Of a stretch of DNA of 64,000 nt, positions 52,493 to 64,000 are shown piece by piece; positions within the stretch are counted from its first letter, which is position 1, and every line of letters begins with the position of its first letter. The translations under genes were made by a program, and so were the position numbers. Origin of the DNA: Octopus vulgaris. Lineage: Eukaryota. The notes beneath the pieces were generated by a model, which had not been told where the DNA came from, searched no databases, and saw only the letters and a list, made by a program, of their open reading frames with translations. The DNA lies in contig OX597827.1 of NCBI GenBank assembly GCA_951406725.2, forward strand, positions 4,526,001 to 4,590,000, given 5' to 3'.

Positions 52493-55400
52493 ATATATAT
52501 ACATATATTTATATGTATATATATATATATATACAGATATATTTATATATGTATGTATATATATGTATATATTTATATGTGTATGTATAGATGTATATAT
52601 ATATGTATGTATATATATGTATATATTTATATGTATAGATGTATATATATATATGTATATATATGTAGAGGTGTATGTATATATATGTATATATGCATTT
52701 GTATAGGAATATCTATATTTATATATACATATATATATATATATGTATCTATATATATATATATTTGTATATATGTATGTATTTCTATATATAGTTATAT
52801 ATGTGTGTGTGTATATATATGTATATATATATTTGTGTGCATGTATATGTACATGTATATATGTGTATATATGTATATATACATACATATATATGTATGT
52901 ATATATATGTGTATATAGATATGTACACATATTTATGTAAACATATACATATGTATATATGTATATGCATGTATACATATGTATATATGTATATATATGT
53001 TCATATACATACGCATGTGTGTGTCTGTGTATGTATATATATTTGTGTATGTATATATATATATGTATGTATACATATGCACACATGTATATAGATGTTC
53101 ACGACATACACATGTTTTTGTATTGAGTCACATGCATGTGTGTTTGAATGTGTGCATGTGTGTAGGTATGTTCTCTCAAAGGAAATAGAAATTCTAATCT
53201 TAATAAAACAGTCAGTTTATCTTATTTTAACAATAAATTATTTTAGCATTTTTGAATATTTATAAGAACATTTTTGTGTATACAGAATTAAAAATACATC
53301 TTGATTTTCCACTGGACTGTTGTAGAGACGAAAAAATGTACAGATCTATGTCTAAGAATAAAGATTGAATATTATGGGCAGAGGGGATTATTGATTTTCT
53401 CATTTATAGATAAGACCACTCTTCTATCAGTTTTATTGACAGTATTCTTCTTATGAATGTTGTTAAAGATTCTTGAAAATTTAATCTAATTATTGTTTTA
53501 TTTTAATATTCACAAGGTATTCAATGATGAAGTGATTGGGAAAAATATGTATGTATTAGATCTTAGTTAACATTGTTTTAGAAATGTGCTTTTTGAAACA
53601 TTTTCAGAATTAGTATGTAGTATAATTAGTGTCCTTCTTGATTAAATAAATAAATATTGTTCAACTGGATTAGTGCCAATCAAGAACCTTTACTTTGGAA
53701 GTTCATCTAAGAAGAACATGAAAGTTCAAAATATTGCATGCGAGTCCTGAGAAAATAAGTTTAATCTTTTTACAGTGCAATTTTATGTTACAATAACACT
53801 ATTGGATGTAATTTTGTTAATATTTTGGAAATCATAACCTTTGTGGGAAGTTGATCATCTTTCAAGGTGATTTTTTGTTAGACAATTGTTTATTGAGACA
53901 TAATCTGAAGACTTGTGGAAAATAGGAAAACAATTATGAAAGCTTGTAACCAATTGTGTTTGATTCTTTTAAAATTAATTATATCCATCTGATAAAAAAA
54001 AAATATATGAAAAGGTGATGTGAAGCAACAGCCATGGGCACTTCATAAACATATATTTTTTTAATGATGATCGTCACTGGCTTTGCTTTAGGCAAAAAAC
54101 TTGTGATATTTTTAGTAACTAGCTACACAAAACATCATATGTTTAAATTAATTATTTTTGTACTTTTTCTCTGTTTCTCTTTCAATCAAGAGTTCAAAGC
54201 AAACCTTGCAAATGAAGTACATTAAAAAAAATTCTTCTCAACAATAAATAGCAAATCTATAGGGTACTAAGCCTAACAGAATTTCTTACAGTTATCATAT
54301 AGATTAGTCCAACTCTTATCTACTGGGTAAATTTGGTGATGAAAATATGCTAAAGTGATGAGGGTGATGACTGTGGTGATGATGATAGAGATAATAATGA
54401 TGATATTTTTAGTTTATATTGTGAATTTATGAATTTAAATTATTTGATAAACCACATTAGAAAATATACAAGGAGCTTTAATTATCCAGAGTTATATATA
54501 TATATATATATAAAAGCTCATATATTTAAAGAATATTGTTAAAATTAACATAATTTTATTTAGAATTTAAATTCGATCCTTAGGGGAATATCCAGTGTAA
54601 CTTAGTTTCATACAAAAGAATTATCACAGTATGTGGTTTTATTTCAATCAGATCTCCACCTTTGAATTTAGTCTTTCCTTCAAAACACAGATATTGATGT
54701 GTATCACATGTGACCTAAGTCTATGAAGATCATCACTTCTTCCAGTTTCTCTTTATATTTGAGTAAGATGTTCAATGAAGGAGAAAGTCAGCCATTTTGA
54801 AATGTTGACTATCCACTAAAAAGAAAATATAACTTCAAGCTGCTCAATAAGAAAATCTAAATGAAAATCTGCCAGCTTAATTAATTTAGTATTCTTTATG
54901 ATGGAAGACTGTAATAAGCAATTTAAAGAAAATATTTAGAAATGAATGTTAGGAAATAATTAACTAAGCTTCTTGATTTCAACAATAATCTCTCAAAATA
55001 AAGTATTCAAATTTTCCTTTACAAAACTTATTACGTTTTGCTTATTAGAAGTATAGAGTTAGATGATACAATATTTGATGATTAAACTTATTAACTCTGT
55101 TAATAAGTTATACATCTGTTAATAAGTAATACATCATGCCAGATGGTTGTGTTTCATTTTGTCAGTGTGATTATGTGCTAAAATCTATGTGTATTTAAAA
55201 GAGTTTGATGAATATAATTTAGATAAACTGGAAATTTGAAATCAAGTAAAATGCATAAAATGGTACAACACAATTATGTATTGATTCCTTAAATTGAATA
55301 AGAATCATACATTGATTTCTCAAATTAAATCTTTAAAAAAATGTGTATTGATCTTTTAAAACTATGATATAAAATTCATGTGTGTAGGGTTAGGGAGAGT

Positions 55401-57009
55401 TATTCAACATACAAGCAGACATCAATATCGATTAAAAAACAGAAAACGAAGTACATAACTTCTCAAACATTAGTGTCTACTAAAAGGCTCATGATTGGCT
55501 GTAATTTAAAATTTTGGAATCCTCTGAATTTAGGGGAAAATGTATTTACCATTTTAAAAGGTGAATAATGATAGTAAAGGAAATATTTACCTTAACCAAA
55601 GCAATGTAACCTGCTCAGTAAAGATTATTTTTGGTTGGACCAGCAACAGCAATATGATGCAAAATATTTTCTCTATCCAGCAGAATATTGGATTAAAAGT
55701 ATTTTTGAAAACTTTTCCAAACAAAATTTATCTTTTTAGAAATTTACAATTGAGCAATATATTTCATTATAATTATTTGAATTTTCAGCATTAGCATCTA
55801 AAATTTAGCTATAAGTTTGTTATTGTAAGTCAGAATGAAGGTTATTTAAGGGATTACATTCAGTGACATCACAAGATAGTCCATCTAATATATTTATATA
55901 TTAAACTAAACTTTAAAGGATATATATTTATGTATATATTAGTTATATATTATTACATAAGGTGTTTATTTTCCCTTGAATGTTATAACAAGGAATAGTG
56001 GTAAAAGTGATCCATTCAGTTTAGAAATCCAATGCACAATGCGAAAATTGAAATGAGATGCCAATCCATTTTTTGCAAATAGATTAGTAATGAAATATTA
56101 CAAAATTTCACATTGTTTAAAGATCACTTGAGAATGTCCAGTGATGGGATATCAGGATGTACTTGAAAATTATCTTCCAAAAGATTCATGAATAAGGTAC
56201 TTTTGGTAAAGGTTTGGTGTATGAAGTGAAACTGTTCCTTGTTGGTAGATTCCAGGGTTGAGCTTGCAATAATTTAGGTTTGGTGTTATCTGCTTGTGTA
56301 GATTTTAAGTTTATTATATTATTGCCATGAGTAAAAAGACTAGGGTTAGGTTGATAGGAAGACCTAGGATTGGTACCTTTTGGTTTAATTAATGTCTGTG
56401 ATAAGGATTTCCTGCCTGTGCTGGGTGTCTGTTCTTGAAGAGATTTCAGACCTGGGTGAAAATAAAGAAGAATATATATATTTGATTGCATCTATTCATT
56501 TTGATAATTTGTGCAATCGACTTCTTCTTCCCTCCTTCTCTTTCTCCCTCTCTCTCACACACACATACTCACACACTTCGCTTGGCATAGCTTAATATAT
56601 CTTTCATTTTCAAAAACCTTTGCAATCACTCTTCTGGAAAACAATCTGACAATGCCAGCTGTGAACACCTACCTATAATACTCTACTCATTAATCCTCAT
56701 CTTAGCTGTTATTTTAATTCCAAATGAGGAGCGATATCACTTTTATATTGTTGTAAAGGCAATCTATTTGTGTGCTAGTTTCACCAGAATAAATTATATA
56801 TATATAGGAAAGAGAACAGTCTTTGCCTTGCAAAACAACCTCACTTCTGTTGCCATAAATGCAATTCTATGATCATTCTATCAAAGTGGTTGACAAGAGG
56901 GAAAGAAAGAATCTAACAATAAAATATAAATTAAATATGCATTACAGAACAAACATGTTGACACACATTCACTCGTGCATTATATGTGTGTGTGTATTTA
57001 TGTACATAT

Positions 57010-57064
<55 letters not shown>

Positions 57065-57072
57065 AAATGAAA

Positions 57073-57465
57073 GAAAATGGAATTCATGAGATTTTTTATT
57101 AATTATAATGATCATTTCAACCCATCTTGCATCAGTCTCTCATGAGTGAGATATTGTAAAATTAGTTGTGGTGCATCCTTTGGTGTAGATGTGTCTCATC
57201 AGATGACTTTTCAAAAGATGTCTCACTCAGTAAACTCAGTTTTGCCTGGTTCTAGTACAATGCATTATAATATTGTATTATAATAGAATCAAGCAAAACC
57301 ATGTTTATTGAGCAAGGTACCTTTTGAAAAGTCACCTGACACGACACATCTTCACTGAAGGATGCTCCACAACCAGTTGCACAGCATCTCACTTGCGAGG
57401 GACTGATACAAGATGGATCAACGTGATTGTTCTGATTAATAAAGAATCTCATGAATTCCATTTTC
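57073..57465. repeat. Diverged fold-back element (about 190-bp arms)
   Basis: GAAAATGGAATTCATGAGATT... / ...AATCTCATGAATTCCATTTTC, with internal mirrored blocks (GACTTTTCAAAAG / CTTTTGAAAAGTC); abuts (TA)n. Confidence 0.88.
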
Positions 57466-57667
57466 CGTTTCTCTCATTTCTTATATACTTATGAGACATA
57501 GAAGAATTCCTGAGGTAGATTGAGTGGTGTTTATATCTATGGCTACCTGATGTCATCAGGTAGCCATAGACTGCAAAAGTGCTTTAATTGGCATACCACC
57601 AGGTGTGTAGCCAAGGTTTAAATAGCTACTTCTATATATGTGTATGTGTATGTGTATGTGTGTATAC

Positions 57668-57706
<39 letters not shown>

Positions 57707-59842
57707 CATACATACATACATACATACATACATACATACATACATACATACATACATACATACATACGTACGTACGTACATAGAAAGTGAGAGAGAGAGA
57801 GAGAGAAAGAAAGAGGACACTTGTAGTGAACATGTCCACATGATTCGAGCAAGCCTCTAATTGGTTATTTGACCTACTAGAAATAGATGTTAAACATCCC
57901 TCAAATCACACCCTATCTTTAAAAAAGACACATTGAATAATATAGTATGAGGTGTACAATAAATGGAAAAAAGATAAGATTGTCATAGCTGGAATGCCTT
58001 TGATTGTAAGTCTGTTTATTGAAGGATGAACTGGCACTAAACAACAACTCATATAATTAACAAATACATTTGTACTCTTTGTTTCAGTCAGTTAGCATGC
58101 ACTGGCTGTGACAGAAAAAAGTCAGGAACAAAGGCGCAAGTTAGTTTGTATTCTTTATATCCCTTCTGAATTGTTAGTGGGTCTATGGATGGTTGAGTAA
58201 ATATGGTATCAAATAACCAGCCAAGAGATCAACTGTTTGATTCCCATGACCAACACTGCATTGTGCTCAAGGTCAAAACTTAAATCTCTCTAGTAACCTA
58301 GTCTTCCTAGTTCAGTTTAAATACCACTTTATAAGTTCAATTAATAATCAATAATCAAAGTATCAGTGGCACTTTGGCATTGTCTTGTTTCTCTGTGGAA
58401 TTGGCTTAGCCAAGATGATTTGCTGAAGATAACAGTCCATAAAATAGAATCTTTAGCAGTGCATTCATGACTCTTTGGGTTGAGTGTTTCACCGTGAATA
58501 CCACAATGGTGATAATACTATATGGTAGTCATGCATATGTATCCAAAGTGAAGTGGGAAGTGCCTTAAGCACTTAAAGAAGAGAATGGGAAAAGAATAGA
58601 GATGAAATTGTAATAAATGAGTTTAAGCATAAGTGACATATACACATATTCAGAAGAATAAAAGAATCAGAAGGAACATAAGTGATAAGAATAGTTTTAC
58701 CTACTGGGTTCTACTTTTTCTTAGATGCAGTTAAGATAATAACATATAAAAAGTACATTTATAACTATAGAGTATATTTTTGTTATTTCAAAGTACACTG
58801 GATTTTAGCTGTGAATATAAGAGATATATATGTCAAAAAGATAAAAACAACCCCCAAAAATACATTGATCAGATGGCATTGTGTGTTATGCAGCATGTCA
58901 GTAGTTAATATAATATATATGATTCTATTGAAATAAGTATAGCATCTGTTATGTTCTTCTTGATTTATCATAGGTTTAGTTTGTGTCATGTAATAACTGT
59001 TAAAGCGATAATGTATGTATTACCAGGTGCCTGAAAATTATAAATCATGTTATAAATATTATTGTCTGTAAGATAAAACGACTTACAAAATTAGAAATCT
59101 CAATGCTATAAGTAGCAATATAATGGTAAATAATACATTTTGAGACAAAAGTTAAAGCAAACTAAGATTTGATCAGGAATATTTATAGCTAATAAATACT
59201 AATGGTAAACTGAAGTATTTATATATTTACCTGATTACACATGCCATTACACTTGTCAGCATTATCTTAACAAAAGACAGAGGCAGCAGTACTCAAATGA
59301 AGGAAATTATAGACAGGTAATAAACAGAACAAGAAACTGTATGGTAACAGCAATAGCTTCACAAATAATCTTTATCATCTATTGGTCATGCAGAATTTGA
59401 CAAAAGATAGCTGTAGGTGCTCTAATCAAATAAACAGTGTAGTATATATGAATGTAAAGTAAATCTTGAGGATAAGAGTTAAACTCTTGAAATACAGATA
59501 TTTTAGAAAATTGTTGCACAATTTCAGTAGTGCAATAAATATAGCTTTATACAGTTGAGAAACTTAATGATAAATCAAAAATAGTAGTTGTGCTCATACT
59601 TCCAGCACAGCATAGTTCAGATAAGGGCTGTTCTCCATTTAAACCAATCTCTCTCTCTCTCTCTCTCTCTCTTACACACACATATACACATATATATGTG
59701 AGGGGTATTGGTATCCAGAAGATCCAAGGTGGTGAGTAAGGCTATGGAAGTGCTATGGAAGGACCAAGGACCATAGTTAAACTCTCAGTTCGATAATAAT
59801 ATGAGTGAGGAGTCTAATGTGGGTCTTGTATGAGCATGTATA

Positions 59843-60430
59843 TGTTAAATAAAATGAGTCAACAAAACCAAGACTGCGTGGAATTTTCAGGACGTTTATA
59901 AAGAGAAAGTTAGTCTTACAGCTATTTCTGGGATTTTAGGGTAATTTTTTAATCAAAGATGATGTGAGATGGTTACATACAGAAAAGTAACAGAGTTCAA
60001 TATAAGGAGATATTTCTGAAAAGGTTGAAAATAAGAGAATAAACGTAAAAATATACGTCTCCATACTTTCCATTTGTGATGACAAAATATGAACTTGTAT
60101 CGGAATTTACATACTATGGACAAGAAGCATTTCTACCACTTCTACAAACCACTTTTCTTAGATAATGGAACTGCAACTATAACATCCTACATATATTTTT
60201 ATTTTTACTTTTATTCTCTTATTTTCCCTTTATACTTCTTATTTTCATCCTTTTCTAAAATAACTCCTTATATTGAATTCGACTATTTCTCTCTATGTAA
60301 CCATTTCACGTGGTCTCTGATGAAGGGATATCCCTAAAATCCCAGAAACTGTTGTAAGACTAGCTTTCTCTTTATAAACTTCCTGAAAATTCCACACAGC
60401 CTTGGCTTTGTTGTCCCATTTTATTTAACA
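59843..60430 (+). mobile_element. Truncated PLE with an inverted terminal repeat (inverted arm, ORF C-terminus, then the arm carrying a hammerhead)
   Basis: 59843-60045 is an inverted copy of about 60235-60430; the spacer encodes KKHFYHFYKPLFLDN, which resembles a GIY-YIG C-terminal KE.HFI..FKP.LN. Confidence 0.75.
60313..60360 (+). ncRNA. Minimal type I hammerhead ribozyme
   Basis: GTCT-CTGATGA-A-GGGAT atccctaaa ATCCC-A-GAAA-C tgtt G-TA-AGAC: stem I GTCT/AGAC, 5-bp stem II, intact core, GUA cleavage triplet. Confidence 0.78.
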
Positions 60431-60854
60431 CACACACACACACACACACACACACCAACAACAACAACAACAACAAAAACAACAACCCATGGAAGCATGG
60501 AAAAGCAGAAGCTTCATGATTATGATGATGATATTTATGGTATACATTTGAATTAATGTCAATTTTAGTGATGGAAAAATTATTTTATTTTTAAATACAC
60601 ATTTTATTTCAAACTGTAAGTGAAGGGTGTGGGGGGGGGGCAAACATAAAACCTCTCTGAACTCTCATTTTTTTGTTTGTGTTGTATATCTGCATGTCTG
60701 CACATACTCATCAATGCATGCACATGCAGGTTGTCTCATAATAAGTAAGGTAGCATCTAAACATGTTTTATATTTAAAAATCTGTCACACTGATGGATCA
60801 GGTATATGCTGTGTGCAGAGTCTCACATACACAGAGATATCCATATACTGCATA

Positions 60855-61268
60855 CTCTTTCTCTCTTTTACTTGTTTCAGTCATTTGACTGCGGCCATGC
60901 TGGAGCACCGCCTTTAGTCGAGCAAATCGACCCCGGGACTTATTCTTTGTAAGCCCAGTACTTATTCTATCGGTCTCTTTTTGCCGAACTGCTAAGTGAC
61001 GGGAACGTAAACACACCAGCATCAGTTGTCAAGCAATGCTAGGGGGACAAACACACACACACAAACACACACACATACACACACATATATATATATACAT
61101 ATATACGACGGGCTTCTTTCAGTTTCCGTCTACCAAATCCACTCACAAGGCATTGGTCGGCCCAGGGCCATAGCAGAAGACACTTGCCCAAGATGCCACG
61201 CAGTGGGACTGAACCCGGAACCATGAGGTTGGTTAGCAAGCTACTTACCACACAGCCACTCCTGCGCC
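60855..61268 (-). mobile_element. SINE family A, full length, young
   Basis: Reverse complement of the 19303 copy with CpGs retained. Confidence 0.95.
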
Positions 61269-61910
61269 TATCATACTTACTTTTATCTTATTATTTAAAA
61301 CTAGTTTTATCATCTAGAAAGGTCAAAAGGAAGAAAGTAGAATTGAATATTGTATACTAAATGAAAAAGTACAGTGTAATTTCTAGAAGACTGATAAAGA
61401 ACTAGAGAGCTATAAATGCTGCAGATTTTTACCTACAACAAAAGGTGACTATGAATCCGATGAGGATGTGGTTAGACATTACAGATGATAGCCAATGTGT
61501 ATATGTAGAATAGGTGGCCATGCATTGATATGAACATGTAATGAAACTGGATAAATTTTACTGAGTTATAGTGCTTTGAGTTATAATGGTAAAAAATTTA
61601 TACTTAAAGAGGCAATGAAGTGAAGGTGTTTGATTAAAATGAAAGCCACCACTTTAGGACTGTTTTGGCTTTAATTTTTTGCTTTCTCTGATAGAAAGAA
61701 AACCTGACGTTCTTTTCAAAATTTTTGTTTAAAATATGTACCTGGAAAAAATTTCTAATTTTTACATTTAAACAAAATAAGTAAAAAGCATTGGTTCACT
61801 AGCAGTATTTAAAAAGTTCCATGTTTTAATTTCTTTTCTTATATCGAAAGGACAGAAATTTATCATAGTAAAATATATTAATGCTTTTAAAAATTGCTGA
61901 TACCATTTGT

Positions 61911-61915
<5 letters not shown>

Positions 61916-61998
<83 letters not shown>
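61916..61998. repeat. (CT)n microsatellite
   Basis: Directly visible. Confidence 0.98.
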
Positions 61999-62002
<4 letters not shown>

Positions 62003-62221
62003 CAAGGGTGTGCTGTAGAGTTCCTGGCTTTAAAGGTTTTGCAAAAGGCCTAGTTGCAGGCCCAACCTTCTGAGTTCTTTTTACAGGGCTATGAAAAAAT
62101 GAAGGACCACTGCAATAAGTGTGTGAATCTGAGAGGAGAATATGTTGATTAAAATTCTAATTAACTGATCCTCCGGTATTTTCTTTTACTGAAAGCCAGG
62201 AATTTTTCAGCACCCACTTGT
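62003..62221 (+). mobile_element. Mariner-derived MITE
   Basis: TIRs CAAGGGTGTGCTGTAGAGTTCCTGGCTTT / AAAGCCAGGAATTTTTCAGCACCCACTTG; internal NKCVNLRGEYVD* matches a mariner transposase C-terminus. Confidence 0.8.
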
Positions 62222-62327
62222 GTGTGTGTACATACATATATACATCCAGAAGCTTTTCAACAGCCCCTTGTGTTTGTGTGCGTGTATATATATATATATG
62301 TATATGAATATATATATATATATATAT

Positions 62328-62603
62328 ATCCGGCAACCTTGGGACCAGAGGTGGTCCAGATTTCTGGACACAGAAAATATAAAATAAACAATGAAAAGTA
62401 AAGAACAAAATTGTATAACATATACAAGTTAATACATTTCTAAAGCAAGATCTGTTTGGTCCCAGCTTTATGGGACTCATACACCACGGGAACCAAAACA
62501 AAGTGGCCACTTGGCAAACTACTACAGCCTGCAAAATTCGAAGCTAGCCGGTTTAAAAAATAGCTGGATTTCTGGATTCTGGATAAGAGATTTGGTACCT
62601 GTA
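62328..62603. mobile_element. Pogo/Tigger-like MITE relic
   Basis: Right end CTGGATAAGAGATTTGGTACCTG|TA with a partial left end TATCCGG. Confidence 0.45.
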
Positions 62604-62632
62604 TGTATATATATATGTATGTATGTATATAT

Positions 62633-63038
62633 GTGCCGGTGGCACATAAAAAGCACCATCCGAACGTGACCGATGCCAACCCTGCCTCAAATGGCTTCTG
62701 TGCCGGTGGCACATAAAAAGCACCATCCGAACGTGGCCGATGCCAGCACCGCCTTGACTGGCTTCTGTGCTGTTGGCACATAAAAAAGCACCAACCGATC
62801 GTGGCCGATGCCAGACCCCTCTGGCACCTGTGCAGGTGGCACGTAAAAAGCACCCACTACACTCGCGGAGTGGTTGGCGTTAGGAAGGGCATCCAGCTGT
62901 AGAAACACTGCCAGATCAGACTGGAGCCTGGAGCAGCCCCTGGCTCCCCAGACCCTGGCTCCCCAGACCCTGGTCGAACCGTCCAACCCGTGCTAGCGCG
63001 GAAAACGGACGTTAAACGATGATGATGATGATGATGAT
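62633..63038 (+). mobile_element. RTE 3'UTR-derived short element with four approximately 65-bp subunits
   Basis: TGCCGGTGGCACATAAAAAGCACC-type repeats at about 62633, 62700, 62767 and 62830, then GTTGGCGTTAGGAAGGGCATCCAG and a (GAT)n tail. Confidence 0.88.
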
Positions 63039-64000
63039 ATATATATATATATATATATATATCCATTGTACCATGCTTTTTAGTGCTAAAGTTACTTACT
63101 CTTCGTTCAAACCCATGAAGAATTAGATGTTTGGTTAAAAAAGTCAAGCATGATGAAATGAAGCTAGATCACATATTGGACTTAAAATCTGATTTAGAAC
63201 AGCATGAAAATAAATATCATGAGCCTAACAATTTATAATTTGACCGGAACTCAGTATACATTATCCAATAAAGTTGATTGTTATTTTAACTATTGTGCTT
63301 TTATAGTGTGTTCCAAGGGTTTCTCTTGTCCTTCTAAAACTCTACAACCTTTCTTTATCTATTGGCCTGGAAGCCTGCAACAGGAAGGCTACCACTCATA
63401 TGTTGCCATTTGCTTACTGCTTTCACTTCAGACATATTAAAATCATTAGAAACGATCATAAGCAATAACCTTTTTCTTTTATTAATGTCTTTTTCCAATC
63501 ATTGATAACCAGTTGGAACTACTTCACTTTTTTGTTACTCAGTGGTAGTTTCTAGTTCTTAATATTAGCAATAAGCAATGCTATTTGCAATCACTTGCAA
63601 ATCTCTTAGCAAAGCTGCTCATGCGTAGGCTCCACCAGTTACTGTTTGCCTGAATGGAGTGCTTCTGATCAGATTGGTCCATTATAGTCCATGTCGACCT
63701 TATTCTACCAATCCAAGTGATTGATCTTCAAATCTTTGTTATTTTTAATCCTTTTCTATATGAATAACCTACTTGCTGTTGCAACTAATCACAAACATTC
63801 ACATTTAAATGACACCATCTACATTTTTCTTTCAGTTGTCAATATTTTTCACTAATCCATGAGGAATTTCACACTTTTCACCAAATCTAACATTCTCTAT
63901 AAACTTCCTGGAAATGTTATTGACTATTTGGTCTTTTTCAATAGTCCCAAAGTCAGATAATACATCTTAAAAATTTATCACTACCACTATATTTTGTCTA

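Noticed and set aside
56186-56491. 101-aa minus-strand ORF
   Set aside because: A/C-biased composition with no motif; probably an old retroelement relic or chance.
62633-62860. Regularly spaced approximately 24-bp repeats resembling a CRISPR array
   Set aside because: The spacers are homologous to each other, the context is eukaryotic with no cas genes, and the array is part of an RTE 3'UTR.
63300-63760. Coding-like composition on the minus strand near the window end
   Set aside because: Stops in the frames examined and no recognisable family.

Overview
AT-rich, microsatellite-dense eukaryotic genomic DNA. The SINE families, (TA)n/(CA)n/(TACA)n tracts and LINE relics look like a coleoid cephalopod, probably Octopus (inference). 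I can recognise no intact protein-coding gene. Most long ORFs in the track are microsatellite artefacts or decayed transposons: a CR1-group LINE, an L1/Tx1 endonuclease, an RTE LINE, an L2 relic, Penelope-like elements (PLE), a hAT (SPIN/Buster-like) transposase, mariner/Tc1/pogo MITEs and Helitrons. At least four tRNA-derived SINE families are present. CpG density drops sharply near 14.2 kb, suggesting a promoter at about 13-14 kb followed by a long intronic gene body; only weak candidate + strand exons are visible there. The most notable structure is a set of fold-back (long inverted-repeat) elements and PLE-derived termini carrying minimal type I hammerhead ribozyme motifs. Near-intact motifs are at 20417-20454 and 60313-60360, with degenerate or variant ones at about 9111, 32696, 42551 and 50729. 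One variant sits in a roughly 298-bp retrozyme-like unit. All identifications were made by eye, without database searches.
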